This document shows positions 1 through 12,851 of a stretch of 64,000 nucleotides of DNA, in pieces (position 1 is the first letter of the stretch; each line of letters starts with the position of its first letter). The translations under genes and the position numbers were made by a program. The notes below the pieces were generated by a model, which had not been told where the DNA came from, ran no database searches, and was given only the letters and a program-made list of their open reading frames with translations. Source of the DNA: Anolis carolinensis (lineage: Eukaryota); assembly GCF_035594765.1 (NCBI RefSeq), contig NC_085846.1, positions 11,457,190 through 11,521,189 of the forward strand, given 5' to 3'.

Positions 1-529
1 CTGCATGAAAGTACAGTTTATATCTAAATGAATATTTAGAGAACATGTGGGGAGTGATCAGAAAGCAGAATCTAGCCTGAAAAGAATGCAAGCTCCCCAC
101 AGTGTTTGTTTTACATGTGAGTCTCCGTATTTGTATTTGTGAATCTCTGTGAGGGAGCCTGTCACTGAATTCTGCCTAGAAATTGCCTGGAAGCCAGTGA
201 AACCATTACAATGGAGGAGTTGAGTATCCCTTGTAGACTACAGCCAATTTGGCTTCCTATTCAACATTCTGTTTTGAGTCGTGTGCTTGTGTTTCCTGAT
301 TTCCAGCGTGCAGCATTCTTCTACACAGACATATTGGCCTTGGTGCACCAAAGCCCACTTTCAAAGATCATGTTTTACTCTCCTGTCCCCATCCCTCCCA
401 ATTTCATCCCCTCAGTCAACTCATATGCCCCAAGTCACAGGCTAGCCTATGTTTTCTTCTTGTCAGATATATAACAACTAGCACTTAAGAGAAACTATTC
501 TGCACCTAGAAGAATTATCATCATGGACA

Positions 530-1845
530 GTCCCTCATGGCCGAGCATGATTGCTTTCCAGAGATAGAGTCTTGGTGGTGGATCCGTAAATGACTGCGAA
601 GACCTATTTTGGATCCACATGATTTTTCACATTGAGGACATAAATTTTCAGATGGAAAGCAGTCATGATAAGGGTTCACTTGATGCACCTTCCTCTTGGC
701 ACTTTTCTTTCTTTTGCTTTGTATTCATGCCTCTTCAAAGTCCATACCACTGTCGGTAACAGTTGAATTCCAGTACCGGAGCTTAAGTGCCAGGCCTTCC
801 CAATTCTTGGTGTTTATGCCACACTCTTTTAGATTAGCTTTAAGACCATCTTTAAAACTCTTTAGTAGTCCACTGACATACCTTTTCTTGATTTTGGTTT
901 GTTTGGAGGACGTCAATGCATACATTGGTTTTATGTGCAGGGATCAGTGCACAGCAATGAGCACATGTTCTTCATAGCAAAAGGTTCTAATCCAGTGGCA
1001 TGGATACCATGATGATTGATGGCATGTGATCTTTTGCAGCTTTCATCCATCTTCTCAGCCGTTGTAACATGCACTATGTTATCATCCACCTGGAGCCTCC
1101 GGTGGCGCAGTGGGTTAAAGCCTCGTAACTTGAAGGTTGGGTTGCTGACCTGAAGGCTGCCAGGTTCAAATCCCACCCGGGGAGAGTGTGGATGAGCTCC
1201 CTCTACCAGCTCCATCCAGGCGTCCCCTGGGCAAAGTCCTTGCAGATGGCCAATTGTCTCACTCCAGAATCGACTCAAGTTGCTCCTGACACGAAAAAAA
1301 AATCATCCACCTGTTTCGCCATTGAGGACTTTCTTGGATTGTTCTATATCTAGTTCCTCCTTTATGACCATGCCACCATGGAAGACCCTGCTGAGAGTAC
1401 ATGACTCATAACCACTTCGCTCATATGTAAGCACTTTCCAATATAAACATTAAAACTTGTTAAAAATTTAAAACTAGCTCTTTAAAATTATGATAGCAGC
1501 AACATAACAATGGCAGTGTCTGATTTGTATCATCCCAAACCATCACCATTTCCATTTCTGTCCTCAAGTCTGGATTTTGCTACTTTAGCTCTGATCTTTT
1601 GGGCTGCAATTGCAAATGTGGCAACCTTTAGTGTTATATTTTTGGAATAATCTGCTAGCAAGTCACAGATCACAGCAGATTGTTGCCATGCTGCCCTTTC
1701 TTCCAAGAGTGTTCCCAGGAGATTTTTCCTAGGATCATTATACAGATCTTCTTTTTCCCCCGCTCCCCTGCTAGAACCTCCAAACAAGCTCATATGTAGT
1801 TTCACTGGAACACACAAGCCCACTAACCATGGCAAGGTGATCATT
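530..1845 (-). mobile_element. RTE-clade non-LTR retrotransposon remnant (internally deleted; 5' UTR-like part joined to ORF C-terminus), with nested insertions
   Basis: Translation FKDGLKANLKECGINTKNWEGLA resembles the RTE ORF C-terminus. 1040-1420 and 1800-1845 resemble 20950-21150. Confidence 0.6.
1092..1301 (+). mobile_element. tRNA-derived SINE with a ctgacacg-poly(A) tail
   Basis: A box (tggcgcagtgg), B box (ggttcaaatcc), A-tail and TSD atcatccacct(g) at 1081/1302. The same family occurs at 37087-37355 and 55853-56110. Confidence 0.8.
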
Positions 1846-3401
1846 CAGATGACCATCTGTAAAGAACAATAGTATCAATTTCTTTGTTTTGAGCACTGGG
1901 GGGCAGTGTAATTCTATGTGTGTGTTTGTGTATGTGTCCTCGGGTTCCCTGTTGATTTATGGTGATCCCACGAACATCATTGGGTTTTCTTGGGCAAGAT
2001 AAACTCAGAGGTGGTTTTTCCAGCTCCCTTCTCTGAAATATAGCCTCTGGCACCTGATATTAGCTGGTTGATTGCCACCCAAGTACTCACCACAACTTAC
2101 TCTCTTTAGCTTCCATGATCAGATGGATCTGGTGCCTTCAGGGTTTTTAGTGTGATTCGATGGTATCTAAAGACTTCTCTATACCTATAGAAAGATCATT
2201 ATCCACACTGTATTTTCCTGATTGGATCTCACCTTTGCCTCATTAGTCTCACCTGCAGGACACACATCATGATGATTTTTGTCTTAAATGTCCACATGTG
2301 TCCCGTGTCACCAAAGTCATATTTAGCAATCTTGTCATGTGGAGGTGTGCTCACATTGATATACAAGTATACTGATCTGTGATACTCCATATACACATGA
2401 CTTTAAGAAAAATACATCAGCACTGAATTTAAAATGTGGCCAATACAGATGCGTACAATTTTATTTGTACAGCGAAGAGAAAGAAAAAGGAATACCAAGG
2501 AGCTTTGCTTGGAAAAGCTATTCACTGACCATGAGAGCCAGAGTGTCCTGAAAGCTGTCAAGAGAGAGAGAGAGAGAAACTTTCCATGCTAAGAACAGCA
2601 TGGAAATTTATCTAATAGAGATAAATATGATACAGGAAAATGTTGGAAAATATGGCACAACTTCAGGCTTCTGTACCCTTCTGCTGGTGGGAATGATTTC
2701 ATACAGTACATCCCAGTTTCATTGTCAAATTTTCAGTTGATAGCAAATAATACGATATGGATTAAAAACATGTTACATAATAAAATATCAGGAAATGCAT
2801 TTTTGAGAGCCTTTAATTGCTTAATGTACAAAGTTTCATTAGATGCTACTATAAGCACAAGAGAACCTGAAATGCAGGAACTTGCTTGATAAAAAAAGGA
2901 AAATCCCTCCCCCACTCACAATAGAATACATCAGTTTGAAGACATACTGGCAGGGAAGATAAAAATCGAAAATCTTTTTGTTGTTTTTAATAGTAGTGGT
3001 AATAGAAATGTATGCCATCTGGGGTCACCGAACAAATTTTGAGTTTGTTGTTACTTGCTGTCAAGTTGACTTTGACTTATGGTAACTCTACAAATTAGCG
3101 ATGTCTAAGATCCCCTGTCAGCAACTGTTCTGCTCAGATATTGCAAATGGGAGACAGCTATGGGCTTTTAAAATTATTATGGTCTTTCTTTTTTCCTCTG
3201 TCATTGCCTGCTTTTTTGCCTGCTTTCTAGTAGCAAACTGCATTAAAAATAAGATCCCATTCCAATGAGATTATAATCTATGCTTTGATTTGGGGAGGCA
3301 GAAATAATACAAACTGGCATGTGTACTAAAATGAAAGGAAGGGGGTTATATAAGAAGTGTGTGACATAGCAATTACATATACTTATGATGCATAATATAT
3401 A

Positions 3402-3588
3402 CAGTAGGCCCTTGGTATCTGCTGGGGTTTGGTTCAAGGACCTGCCATGGATACCAAAATCCATGGATGCTCAAGTCCCATTGTATATAGTGGCATAGCA
3501 AAACCTTATATACAATTGATTTTCTTTTGTAATATTTTCAAGCTGTAGATGATTGATTGAGAACCAGTAGATACAGAGGGCTGACTGT
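3402..3588. mobile_element. Old Tigger/pogo-like MITE
   Basis: TA-CAGTAGGCCCTTGGTATCT ... GATACAGAGGGCTGACTG-TA imperfect TIRs. The paralogous copy is at about 13505-13938. Confidence 0.55.
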
Positions 3589-3692
3589 AAAGGTCTACTT
3601 AGGCACTATTTTCATTGGCGTATAAGAGGACTAGAAGTGAAGAGGAAGATCAATGCGGTCCAGACATTGCACTGCTGTGTCTCCTTGCTTGG

Positions 3693-4136
3693 TCACGCTG
3701 TGGTCACAATCTGGCTTTCGTCATAGTGAACAGGCCAGCCTTCTTCGCAGCCAATGACGATGTACCGAGGAGAGGTGTTCTCTTTGTACTCACAAGGCGG
3801 GTGAGTCGAACCTCCCCGGAGGGTGCAAGTGGTGACCCGGAAGGGCCGCCAGCTACGCCGCAGGTCTCCCAAGGCCACCCCACCATCTGCACACACTGCA
3901 CGAATCTGCCTTTTGGAGCCATGAATAAAGGTGTTGACTTCTTTGCATTCGGGCTTGGTCAGACCTCGGCTGCCCATGAGGGTGTTGCAGTAGCGGCCAT
4001 GGAAACTGCTCCTCGGATCATCGCGGTGTTGATTCAGGAACTTCTCATAGCGAGGGTTGTTTCCTGACAGTGAACCAGGCAGCAACTCGGCCACAAGCAG
4101 GATGAGGAGAAGATAGCAGAAGATCTCAGACTTCAT
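3693..4136 (-). CDS. RNase A-superfamily secreted ribonuclease, canonical 6-Cys non-mammalian/angiogenin-like type (gene 1), 147 aa, single coding exon
   Basis: ATG at 4136 lies 12 nt after a pyrimidine-rich splice acceptor (ttttccttatAG at 4150-4149). Hydrophobic signal peptide MKSEIFCYLLLILLVAELLPGSLS. FLNQH (His12), CKEVNTFIH (Lys41 signature CKxxNTF), PVHYD (His119/Asp121) and six conserved Cys. Confidence 0.95.
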   Translation of the reverse strand: MKSEIFCYLLLILLVAELLPGSLSGNNPRYEKFLNQHRDDPRSSFHGRYCNTLMGSRGLTKPECKEVNTFIHGSKRQIRAVCADGGVALGDLRRSWRPFRVTTCTLRGGSTHPPCEYKENTSPRYIVIGCEEGWPVHYDESQIVTTA

Positions 4137-4406
4137 TCTGTCCAACACCTATAAGGAAAATAGTGCCATCAATCTCCCTTTAGCCACAAGGAAGCCATGT
4201 GGCTACTTGGCATCTTTCTGCACCCTTAATAAACCTCCATCTCAGAGCCAGAACATAATGTTTGGTCCCTTTCTTCTACGCAGTTCACCTGAATCAATCA
4301 TTTTTGGTATTACTATTTAGTATTTTAGTAACTGCATATGATTTAGTACCTATTTAGTTCTGACTACATTGTTTAAAAATAAGAATCTTGGTTAGAGCTG
4401 TAAGCC

Positions 4407-5125
4407 CGGGGTTGGGCTGTGGCATAGCTGGTTAGTAGCCAGCAGCAGTAAATCACCACTGACCGAGAAGTTGGTTCAAAGCCTGGGTCAGGGTTGAGTT
4501 CCCAACCATTCATAACCCTAGCTCGCTGTCCACCTGAGCAGCTCGAAAACAGCTGTGTTTGTGATTAGAGAATTCTAAAAAGGTAAAGGTAAAGGTTTCC
4601 CCTGACGTTAAGTCCAGTCATGTCTGACTCTGGGGGTTGATGCTCATCTCCATTTCTAAGCCGAAGAACCGGCGTTGTCCGTAGACGCCTCCAAGGTCAT
4701 GTGGCCGACATGACTGCATAGAGAATTCTAGGTACCGCTTAATGTGGGGAAGCTAATTTAACTTATGACACCATAAAAACTGCCAGCGGCATGCAAAGAA
4801 CATGAGGAAGTACTATCATCAAAAAGGACTCGGCCTCACAGTGAATGATGAAGTGGCAGCTCTCCCTGTAGCCAAAATTGAGCATACCCTCATGAAGCTG
4901 GAAGCTAGAAAATACTAATAGACTCTACTGACTGTCTATGTGATATGTCTGATAATGGCATTGAATGCTGTTCTGTTCCGTCCTGTTTGTCCAAAAAAAG
5001 GACATGAATGTTTGCCATGTATGTGTACTGTGATCCGCCCTGAGTCCCCTTGGTGAGATAAAGCAGAATATAAATAAAATTTTGTTGTTGTTGTTGTTGC
5101 TGTTGTTGTTATTATTATTATTATT
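4407..5125 (+). mobile_element. tRNA-derived SINE with an L2-type 3' tail, carrying a nested Sauria SINE
   Basis: tRNA-like head (tggcatagctgg ... ggttcaaagcc). The 3' end tgtgatccgccctgagtcccc...aataaa matches the L2 tail at 23230-23283. (TTG)n(TTA)n tail. Confidence 0.65.
4578..4718 (-). mobile_element. Sauria SINE, 5'-truncated
   Basis: (ACCTTT)n tail on the minus strand and a 12-bp TSD tagagaattcta (4566-4577 / 4719-4730). Confidence 0.85.
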
Positions 5126-5687
5126 AAGCTTGGAACACTATATAAATCTAGAGTAGATATGTCTCCTACCCAAAGAACAGGAACTACATGGTTCAAGGAG
5201 GATCAGAACATAAGGATCTCAAATTGCAGTCCAATCCCCAAATCCATTCACTACACACAGTATCCATTTTCCTGAGCTGTTATCAGACCTGCTTTGTTAA
5301 GGAGAAGTAGAGAAAAACTTTATCAGTATCTATTATATCTGTTTCAAAAGTGTATCTATAGGTACTCCAGAGAAGGTGATGTAGGTTGAAGAAATGTGCC
5401 ACGTGCAAAAATCCCCACAACTAACCAAATCTACAGGCAGAAAGTCCAGGAGCCAGCTGAAGAAGTGGCAATGCTATGAGCCAAACCACATTTGCCATTT
5501 GCCCATTGGCCCCATTCTTGGCTCAAACCAAACTAATTGGCAGAAATGTGCAACCAAAGAACATTATGGGCCTAGCCCACAGAAGCAGTGTTGGCATTCC
5601 TGTTGCGTAATGTCTGGAAATAAAATAGCACAGCATACGGGAAAAAAATGCCGTAGAAAATTGCACAAAATATCTTTATGGTAGAGG

Positions 5688-5990
5688 TCTTACAGCTAGT
5701 GCTCTGTCCAAACTTTTTGTGGTGGTCTTAGGCCACATTTTCATTTCTGTTCTGCTTTTTCAAAATTTAGCAATGGAAAAAACAGCTGGGTGTGGCATGA
5801 GAAAGCAATCCAAGAATGATCGTACATGAAATTGGAAAAGGGGGAAGCAGTGGCCCTGCTTTTATAGTTTAAGAACAAGCAGCAGCAACAAAACAAAAGA
5901 GAAAAGGAAGGGGAAGGAAAACCCACCTTTTCCAGAGAAGACAATCTTTTGCTCAGGATCTCAGCCGATCACGTTGGGAACTGCCAGTTC
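5688..5990 (-). promoter_or_regulatory. Candidate promoter/first exon region of gene 1
   Basis: Minus-strand TATAAAA at 5866-5860. Candidate donors GTAAGA (5693) and AAG|GTGGGT (5926). No paralogue to confirm it, so the assignment is ambiguous. Confidence 0.3.
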
Positions 5991-8243
5991 TTTGAGGCTA
6001 TTGAACCAATTGAAAGTCAGTAAAAAGTTTCATCATGGATCACTGGGCAGAAATCCCTGGATCGTCCCACATAGTTTCCCCAAAAAGCTGCATCTCTCAT
6101 TCCCTTGTAGAAAGAAGGCTGGGTTTTTTTTTTTGGTTTTTTTTTTTGTTTTTTGGAAATGTTAGACAAGTTAGCTTTGGGCAACTGCACCTTCAGAGTC
6201 TCCTGGCCAGAATGAAAAGTTGTTCTTTTTTCCTGGTTGGAGTATTCTGAAAGAAGCAGCCCCTAAAAGTAACTTTTCTTGGTTTCATGTTTTACCCAAC
6301 AGCAATAACAAAATATAATTAAAACAACCCTCCCTCCCTCCATTCCTAACTCTTTCCCTTACACATCAAAATAAATTCCAGAATGTACTCTGCTCTCTGA
6401 AGCAACATTCTGAAACCTTGATTGTTTTCCACATCTTCTGCCAGAAAACATCTGTTTTCTCCATTGATCTTTTTGGTTCACATGGGGCTGGAGGCATATT
6501 CTTTCCACGAATGTCAAAAAAACATGATTTTTAAGAACAATTTTTAATATGAACTGACATGTAAAAATTCTATATGAATCTTTAGGTCTTCCAGTCTCAC
6601 TCTGTGGTCCACTTCCACTGGATGACAACCACAGAATTGTGTTGAGGATCTACAAATACCTAGAGAGGTAATCTCTCTAAGACTCTCCAGTTTGTTTGTT
6701 TTTTTGTGTCAGGAGTGACTTGAATAGTCAAAGCCGCAAAAGTGAAATCCACAAATATGGAGGACTGACTGCAATTTATTTGGGATTTTGATTATTTTTA
6801 ATGAGAGTGTAATGAATTTGCATTGCAAAGGGAATGTTATTAGTGGGAATAACAGTCATTTTAGGTGTAACAAGTAACTGTAACTATTGCCAAAGGGCTT
6901 GTCTACACTGATGAAAAAAAAGATCTGTTTTGCATTGCATTTTTCCATTCCATAGTTACTTTGTTAATGCCACACATCGTGGTGAGATCAAAATTACCAA
7001 TGTAAGGGAATGGTCCACATCTCCAACCCGTCACATTATTGCTGAAGTCCAAAATAAATGGAAAACAAAAATTTGAAAACTCTAGCTTCTTGGAATTTTG
7101 CAGGGACATTTTTAAGTCATCTTATTTACTGATCTATTTTTTAAAATGTGATTTGTATTCTCATTTGTCAGCCATTTGAAATTTAATACCCTATTCATTC
7201 AGTTCTAAGGCGCCATCAATTGTAAAACACACACTAATTTCAGTACAATCACCACCAACAAAAGGCTTTATTTATATATGAGAAGCTGATCTGCAATTTT
7301 AAGATGCATCCCATTTTATGTGGAGGGGAATGCTTCTTAAATTTCAAAAAATAGGGTAATTAAAATGGTGGTGTGTATACAAAATAAATAAGAGAGAAAG
7401 GCCTCTAACTCTCTGTTCACATCTGTGCGGTGGCCCTGGTGAATCCTGTCCTCTTACAAGATATGGGTCTTGTCCTTCAACTATCTCACATGTATCTTTG
7501 AGGGAACCTGGCCTCACCACATGTCTGTCTCAATTGAAGTCTGCTGGTGGTTTAGCTGCCCAAATTGGTGAGCATTGCAATACTATGGAAGAACCAAGGC
7601 AGCCTAGTAGGAGAACCAAAGGAATTGGGACATCTCCTAGCATTGTTTTAAAAAGTTTCTTCCAACAAAATGTTCAGTCTACTAGAGAACAATAATATAA
7701 TTAGTAAAACACTAATTGTATCATGTTCAGGAGCATAAGCTTGGATTAGGTTCCTACTGGTAGTATTTTGACCCAAATACAACAAACTAGCCAACCAGTC
7801 TGAACATCCAACCAATTAAAGTGTGCAAAGTCTTCTTCTGATGGTACTTCTCATTCAAAAATGCTCGAGGTAAAGAAATTCAGCTGGGAAACTAAACAGA
7901 GATGAAAGAAATCAGAAGGGATGAAGCTAATTCGTATCTACATATCAAACCCATAGATAAAACAAAGAAGTAAGCGGGACGCTGGGCTTTCCCATTTTGC
8001 TACCATAAATTTAGCAACCCAACCAGACTGGACATGGTTTGCAATGGATTCTACTTGTTTCCATGTTGATGAGGAAGTGAATGAGCCTTGCTGCTCAAAC
8101 ATAGAATTATAGAGTTGTAAGAGACCACACGACCCATCCAGTCCAATTCTTGGCATGCAGGGAAATCTACTCAACACTTTGGGTAGCTTTTATAAAGTTC
8201 AGAGTAAAACCCAGTGTAGTAGTACTACTCCATAGACTTCCAA

Positions 8244-8420
8244 GACCCCATCCACATTTCCATATAATGCAGTTTGAGTTGGATTATATGGGTCAGTGTA
8301 GACTCATATAATGCCAATTAAACTGCATTGAACTGGATTATGTGAGTCTACACTGCCATATAATCCAATGCAGTTAATCTGCACTCTGAAACTGTATTAT
8401 ATAGCACTGTAGATGCAGCC
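8244..8420. mobile_element. PIF/Harbinger-like palindromic MITE
   Basis: Internal inverted atataatgcagt/actggattatat units, an end at gtagatgcagcc, and caa flanks. Confidence 0.45.
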
Positions 8421-8472
8421 CAAGACACTCAGTCCTGTACACATCCCTAGTTGCTGGAGATCTTAAACATTA

Positions 8473-8767
8473 AAAGGTACAGGTAAAGGTTTCCCCCTGA
8501 CATTAAGTCTAGTTGTGTCCGATTCTGGGGGTTGGTGCTCATCTCCATTTCTAAGACGAAGAGCCGGCGTTGTCCGTAGACACCTCCAAGGTCATGTGGC
8601 TGGAGAAGTACCTATTGATCTACTCAACATTTGTATGTTTTCGAACTGCTAGGTTGGCAGAAGCTGGGGCTAACAGTGAGAGCTCACCCTGCTCCTCGGA
8701 TTCGAACCATCGACTGTTCATTCAGCAAACTCAGCAGCTCAGCAGTTTAATTCGCTGTGCCACTGGG
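8473..8767 (-). mobile_element. Sauria SINE
   Basis: aaggtaaaggtttcccctgac... tail and body identical in type to the other copies. Confidence 0.8.
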
Positions 8768-9460
8768 TTACATTTCTTTAAAAGCAGTATAGGCCTGGGG
8801 AGTCTGAATCAGATGTTGACATAGGAATGGTTATTCCTTTTCCTATTGAGATATTTAAAAATACAGTATGACCCCCCTTATACACAAATTTTATGTCCAT
8901 AGTTTCCTTCATACACCTCCCTCCAAAATATATCTTTCCCCAAAAGTGTTTGTGGGCCTCTCTGTGTGTGTAGAATTAATGCAATTTGACACCACGTTAA
9001 CTGCCATGGCTCAATGCTATGGAAACTATGGGAGATGTGGTTTTACAATGTCTTTAGCCTTCTCTGCCAAAGAGTACTATTGTCTCATCAAACTATAAAT
9101 TCCTGGATTCTATAGCCTTGCAGGGTAACAGTTGGAAGTGCTCTCAAACTTCATTATACACCGGAGACACAACCTGGGAGAGAGCAAAGGTAAAAAGTTA
9201 TTCGAATGAAAGATTTTGACTGAAGCTAACATTTCTCAAAAATGGCATGGTGGTCTTTCTTGCAATCCCTAGAAGGAGAGGTTGAAAACTTTATTCATTT
9301 TCATGAATGCTTTTTGTATTTTAAAATTGCCCACCTAGTAGCAGATCAACAGCTCCCACCAGAAAGTTACAACATGAAGGGTTGCTGAATTGAGGAAGAC
9401 TTGGGAAGTCTAGAAGTTCTTCATAGAACCACAGGCTCACCACTGTTCCCAGGCAAGTAG

Positions 9461-9592
9461 TATATAAGAGGAATCCTGGAAGAAGGAAATGTGGTCCATC
9501 TCTGGTCTTCAGATCTGTCAGAAGAAGGAGCCAGTCTTCTTGAAGTGAGACACAAGGAACGAACATCTTTTAAACCAAAATTTTGGGTGAGT
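9461..9592 (+). promoter_or_regulatory. TATA box, non-coding exon 1 and splice donor of gene 2
   Basis: TATATAA at 9461 and GG|GTGAGT donor at 9587. The block is conserved in the duplicate at 15549-15680 and fits the usual RNase A layout of a non-coding exon plus one coding exon. Confidence 0.7.
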
Positions 9593-10105
9593 TGAACATG
9601 ATGGACCATGTCCAGTTTCTATATAAACTACCCTAAAAGGAAAGTAGGGAATATGGGAATGGGTTAAACATTTGGGTATCTAGTGTTACCAGTTATCAAG
9701 ACGACGCAACCTATGCCAGCCCCATGAATTAGAGACCACCAAGATCCCATTTCCTCAACAACTCTGTTCAAGTCTTGTAAACTCTTCTTTGATTGAATTT
9801 ATCCATCTGTATGCATATCTCTTTCCCTACTGCCTTCTACCTTAGTAAAGCATGGCTATGTTTCCTAGTGAGCCATGCCTTCTCAGGATATGTCCCAAGA
9901 GCCGTGGTGGTGAAATGGGTTAACTCTTCTGTGCCGCAAGCATTGCAAACAGTCAAAAGGAGAGTAGATTTTCCTGTACAGCTTTTTGTAGCCATTGGGA
10001 AAAAGTCAGAATTGGTGGGTCTGGAGCAGGGATTGAAATAATATTCAAATTATACTCGTGTTTCTTGCCTTTTCAGTTATGCATCCAGCAGCCAAGGGTC
10101 CAGTC

Positions 10106-10519
10106 ATGTCCCTCAAGGTGTGCCTTCTCCTCGCCTTCCTCATGGCCACCACTCTATTCCCAGGGAGCAAAGGCACTCCCTACAGCGACTTCCTGAAAAG
10201 AAATCTGGACAACCCTAAGTCTGACTACCGGAACGATGAGACTTACTGTGACCAGATGATGCGTCGCCGGAACCTGAATTGCCAGCGGGACAACACCTTC
10301 ATCCATACCGTTGAACAACATCTGATTTCCATCTGCAGTTGCAGAGGGGAAGTCCTGAATGGGAAGCAGACCAGCAAAACCCTCTTCCCCATCACAGTCT
10401 GCACCCTGAAGAAGGGCCCTAGAGAGCAGTCCTGTAGTTACAAGGGGGAGATTAAAATCAGGAAGATCCAGGTTGCCTGCCAGAAGGGCCTGCCTGTCAA
10501 ATATATTGCTCATATTTAA
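10106..10519 (+). CDS. Non-canonical RNase A-superfamily protein (gene 2), 137 aa, all three catalytic residues substituted
   Basis: Acceptor tttcttgccttttcAG at 10075-10076. Signal peptide MSLKVCLLLAFLMATTLFPGSKG. RNase scaffold (FLKR-LDNPKS, YCDQMM, C-x3-NTFIH, ITVC, C-x-YK, VAC, LPV), but His12->Asn, Lys41->Gln, His119->Lys. The in-frame ATG at 10079 is an alternative start that the paralogue lacks. Confidence 0.92.
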   Translation: MSLKVCLLLAFLMATTLFPGSKGTPYSDFLKRNLDNPKSDYRNDETYCDQMMRRRNLNCQRDNTFIHTVEQHLISICSCRGEVLNGKQTSKTLFPITVCTLKKGPREQSCSYKGEIKIRKIQVACQKGLPVKYIAHI

Positions 10520-10814
10520 GCCTAGAAGGAAATATAGTTCTGGAAGAGAGGGGGCTGATGATATGACCCCACCTTCCCATCACTTTCTAAAGCTCCTTTG
10601 GCTCCTTTTGCTTCTATAGAACTAGTTGCAATTCTGTGCCCAGCTCGAAATGTAACTTCAGTGGCTTATGATGTTTCTCACCTGATTTATGTCTATGTAG
10701 CACATTGCAGAATGCAGATGCTAAATTAATATTAAAACGGCAGTAATGGTTGTTTCTTGCAAGTACATGTCTGTCAAAGCCACTACACAGTTTTTAAGTC
10801 AGTTTCTGTAAAAC

Positions 10815-10820
10815 AATAAA
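10815..10820 (+). terminator. Polyadenylation signal of gene 2
   Basis: AATAAA about 300 nt after the stop, followed by a T/GT-rich tract. Conserved in the paralogue at 17774-17779. Confidence 0.7.
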
Positions 10821-11526
10821 CTTGACTACTAATAACCTGCTTTTTCATTTTTCTTTGTGCTCTTTTGCCATTGCGTCCTCTGTACGCAGTAAGGTGTGTT
10901 CTTCTCTCTCTAAGGGATGAGAGAAATAATGAAAAATGGTCAAACAGCTTGTTTTCCACACATTAAGAAATCCTGATACAAATTTTGGACCAATGGGAAT
11001 ATTCCCAGTTCAGGACTTGTTCTGCACAAAGTTTGCACATGGTTGGATTACGCAGCAAACAGCAATTTCTAAACAAGAAACAGCTCTCTCTACACAAAAA
11101 ATATATATTTCTGTATAAAGTATTTTATGCACAAAAAAGGAGGAAGGAAGAGGGGAAAAACAAATGTGACAGCACCCTTAATACTACTGTAACTGGTTTT
11201 TAATTTTCAAATGAACATTTGTGGATATAAACCTACTCTTCCATTTGGAACCCATGAAAAGGGCTTCTATCTATGAAGGGTCACAAACAATTAGAACCAA
11301 TTTCTGAGTAAAGCTGAGTGATACTCCAGAATTTGTGGAAAACTGGAGAATCATTTTTGATGGATTTTTTTTGTATTTTTAAAATTGGGTTGTATAAGTA
11401 GAGTATAACTGTCTCCATTATATTACAGCAGTATTAAAGAAAAAAAAATCAATGCATATATGTAAAGGAGATTACATTCCTTTCTGATACAGTTCAATTT
11501 CTACTCCTATCTAATTCCATTTAATG

Positions 11527-11855
11527 AAACCCCTGGTGGTACAGTGAGTTAAACCACTGAGCTGCTGAACTTGTTGACCGAAAGGTTGTAAGTTCAAATC
11601 TGAGGAGCGGGGTGAGCTCCCAATGTTAGCCCCAGCTTCTGCAAACCTAGCAGTTCGAAAACATGCAAATGCAAGTAGATGAATAGGTACCGCTCTGGTG
11701 GGAAGGTAACAGCACTCCATGCAGTCATACTGGCCATATGACCTTGGAGGTGTCTACTGACAATGCCAGCTCTTCGGCTTAGAAATGGAGATGAGCACCA
11801 ACCCCCAGTCGGACACAACTAGAATTAATGTCAGGGTAAAACCTTTACCTTTACT
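11527..11855 (+). mobile_element. Sauria SINE, full length
   Basis: tRNA head, body and acctttacct tail. TSD about taattccat. Confidence 0.85.
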
Positions 11856-12851
11856 TAATTCCATCTTAGTCTCCTACTTATACCTTTCTCCTTATTTCCT
11901 GCCTGTCTACCTATTCCTCTCCACCCCACCACCTTCCGGGAACATTTGTGATTCAATTTTGGATTTTTCAATTAGAATAGAATACAGAATAAAATCCAGA
12001 ATCTGAAAACTGGAGGATCTCATGGCTTTGAGGCAGTTTGGATAGCAGTACTGGGTCTGATTTAGCCTGGTCCACTGTCTGGACTGTACAGTGATAACAA
12101 CATCCTTTCCTTGTGACCATCATCATAAGGAAAGTGGATGGGTTATGCCCATGTCACCATTCCTAGTGAGCTACATTTCTCCATCCAAACCCCTTGCTGT
12201 CATGGGTGGCTCTACTGACTTCGGAACAGGGTGCCCAAACTGGACTCAATAAGCTGCAGAGACTGGAGTTTCATGCACACACTTGAGAGTATCTCTGACT
12301 TTGCCTAAAATGGGGCAAAGCTGGTTCAAATCCACAAAATCTTGGAATAAACTCCACTGTGTTTATGCCACTGTGCATCATGAAAACTGCCAGCAATCCA
12401 TTTGGAGTGAATATAGGTTTCCTTCAGCCTCTGGTGCCCTACATCCAGATCATCACAGATGTGTGTTCCCCATGACACTATTGACACTCCATACTGTCCA
12501 CATGTATTCCTGAATCTAGTAGATTCCAGATATTCTGCATATGAAATCATGGAAATCAATGCTAAGAAGAGAACTTGCTGTGGACATGAGTTCTTAGAGA
12601 AGCCTCAAAATTCCTAATGGTTTATTATTGGTAAATTGCTTTTCCCAAACTAGGTTCACTTCAGCCCTAAGTAATACAAGTAATGAGGACAACCAACAAA
12701 CTTCAGTCCCTTCAGTCTGTAACACAAGCACAGTCCATCAAAGTTACAACTTAGCTGCCGCATCATGACAAGATCATTAGATAGTGCAGGCATCTTAGCA
12801 GTATCATTACTTTTATACCCTTTTCTCTTGAAAGCCAGCTGTTTCTACTTA

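Noticed and set aside
1092-1170. tRNA genes at A-box/B-box motifs
   Set aside because: These are SINE heads followed by SINE bodies, tails and TSDs, with no cloverleaf.
3615-4067. Long antisense or alternate-frame ORFs over the RNase genes (3615-4067, 10154-10513, 17035-17550, 49201-49481, 57004-57228)
   Set aside because: Shadow ORFs of GC3-rich coding exons with no independent motifs or splice signals.
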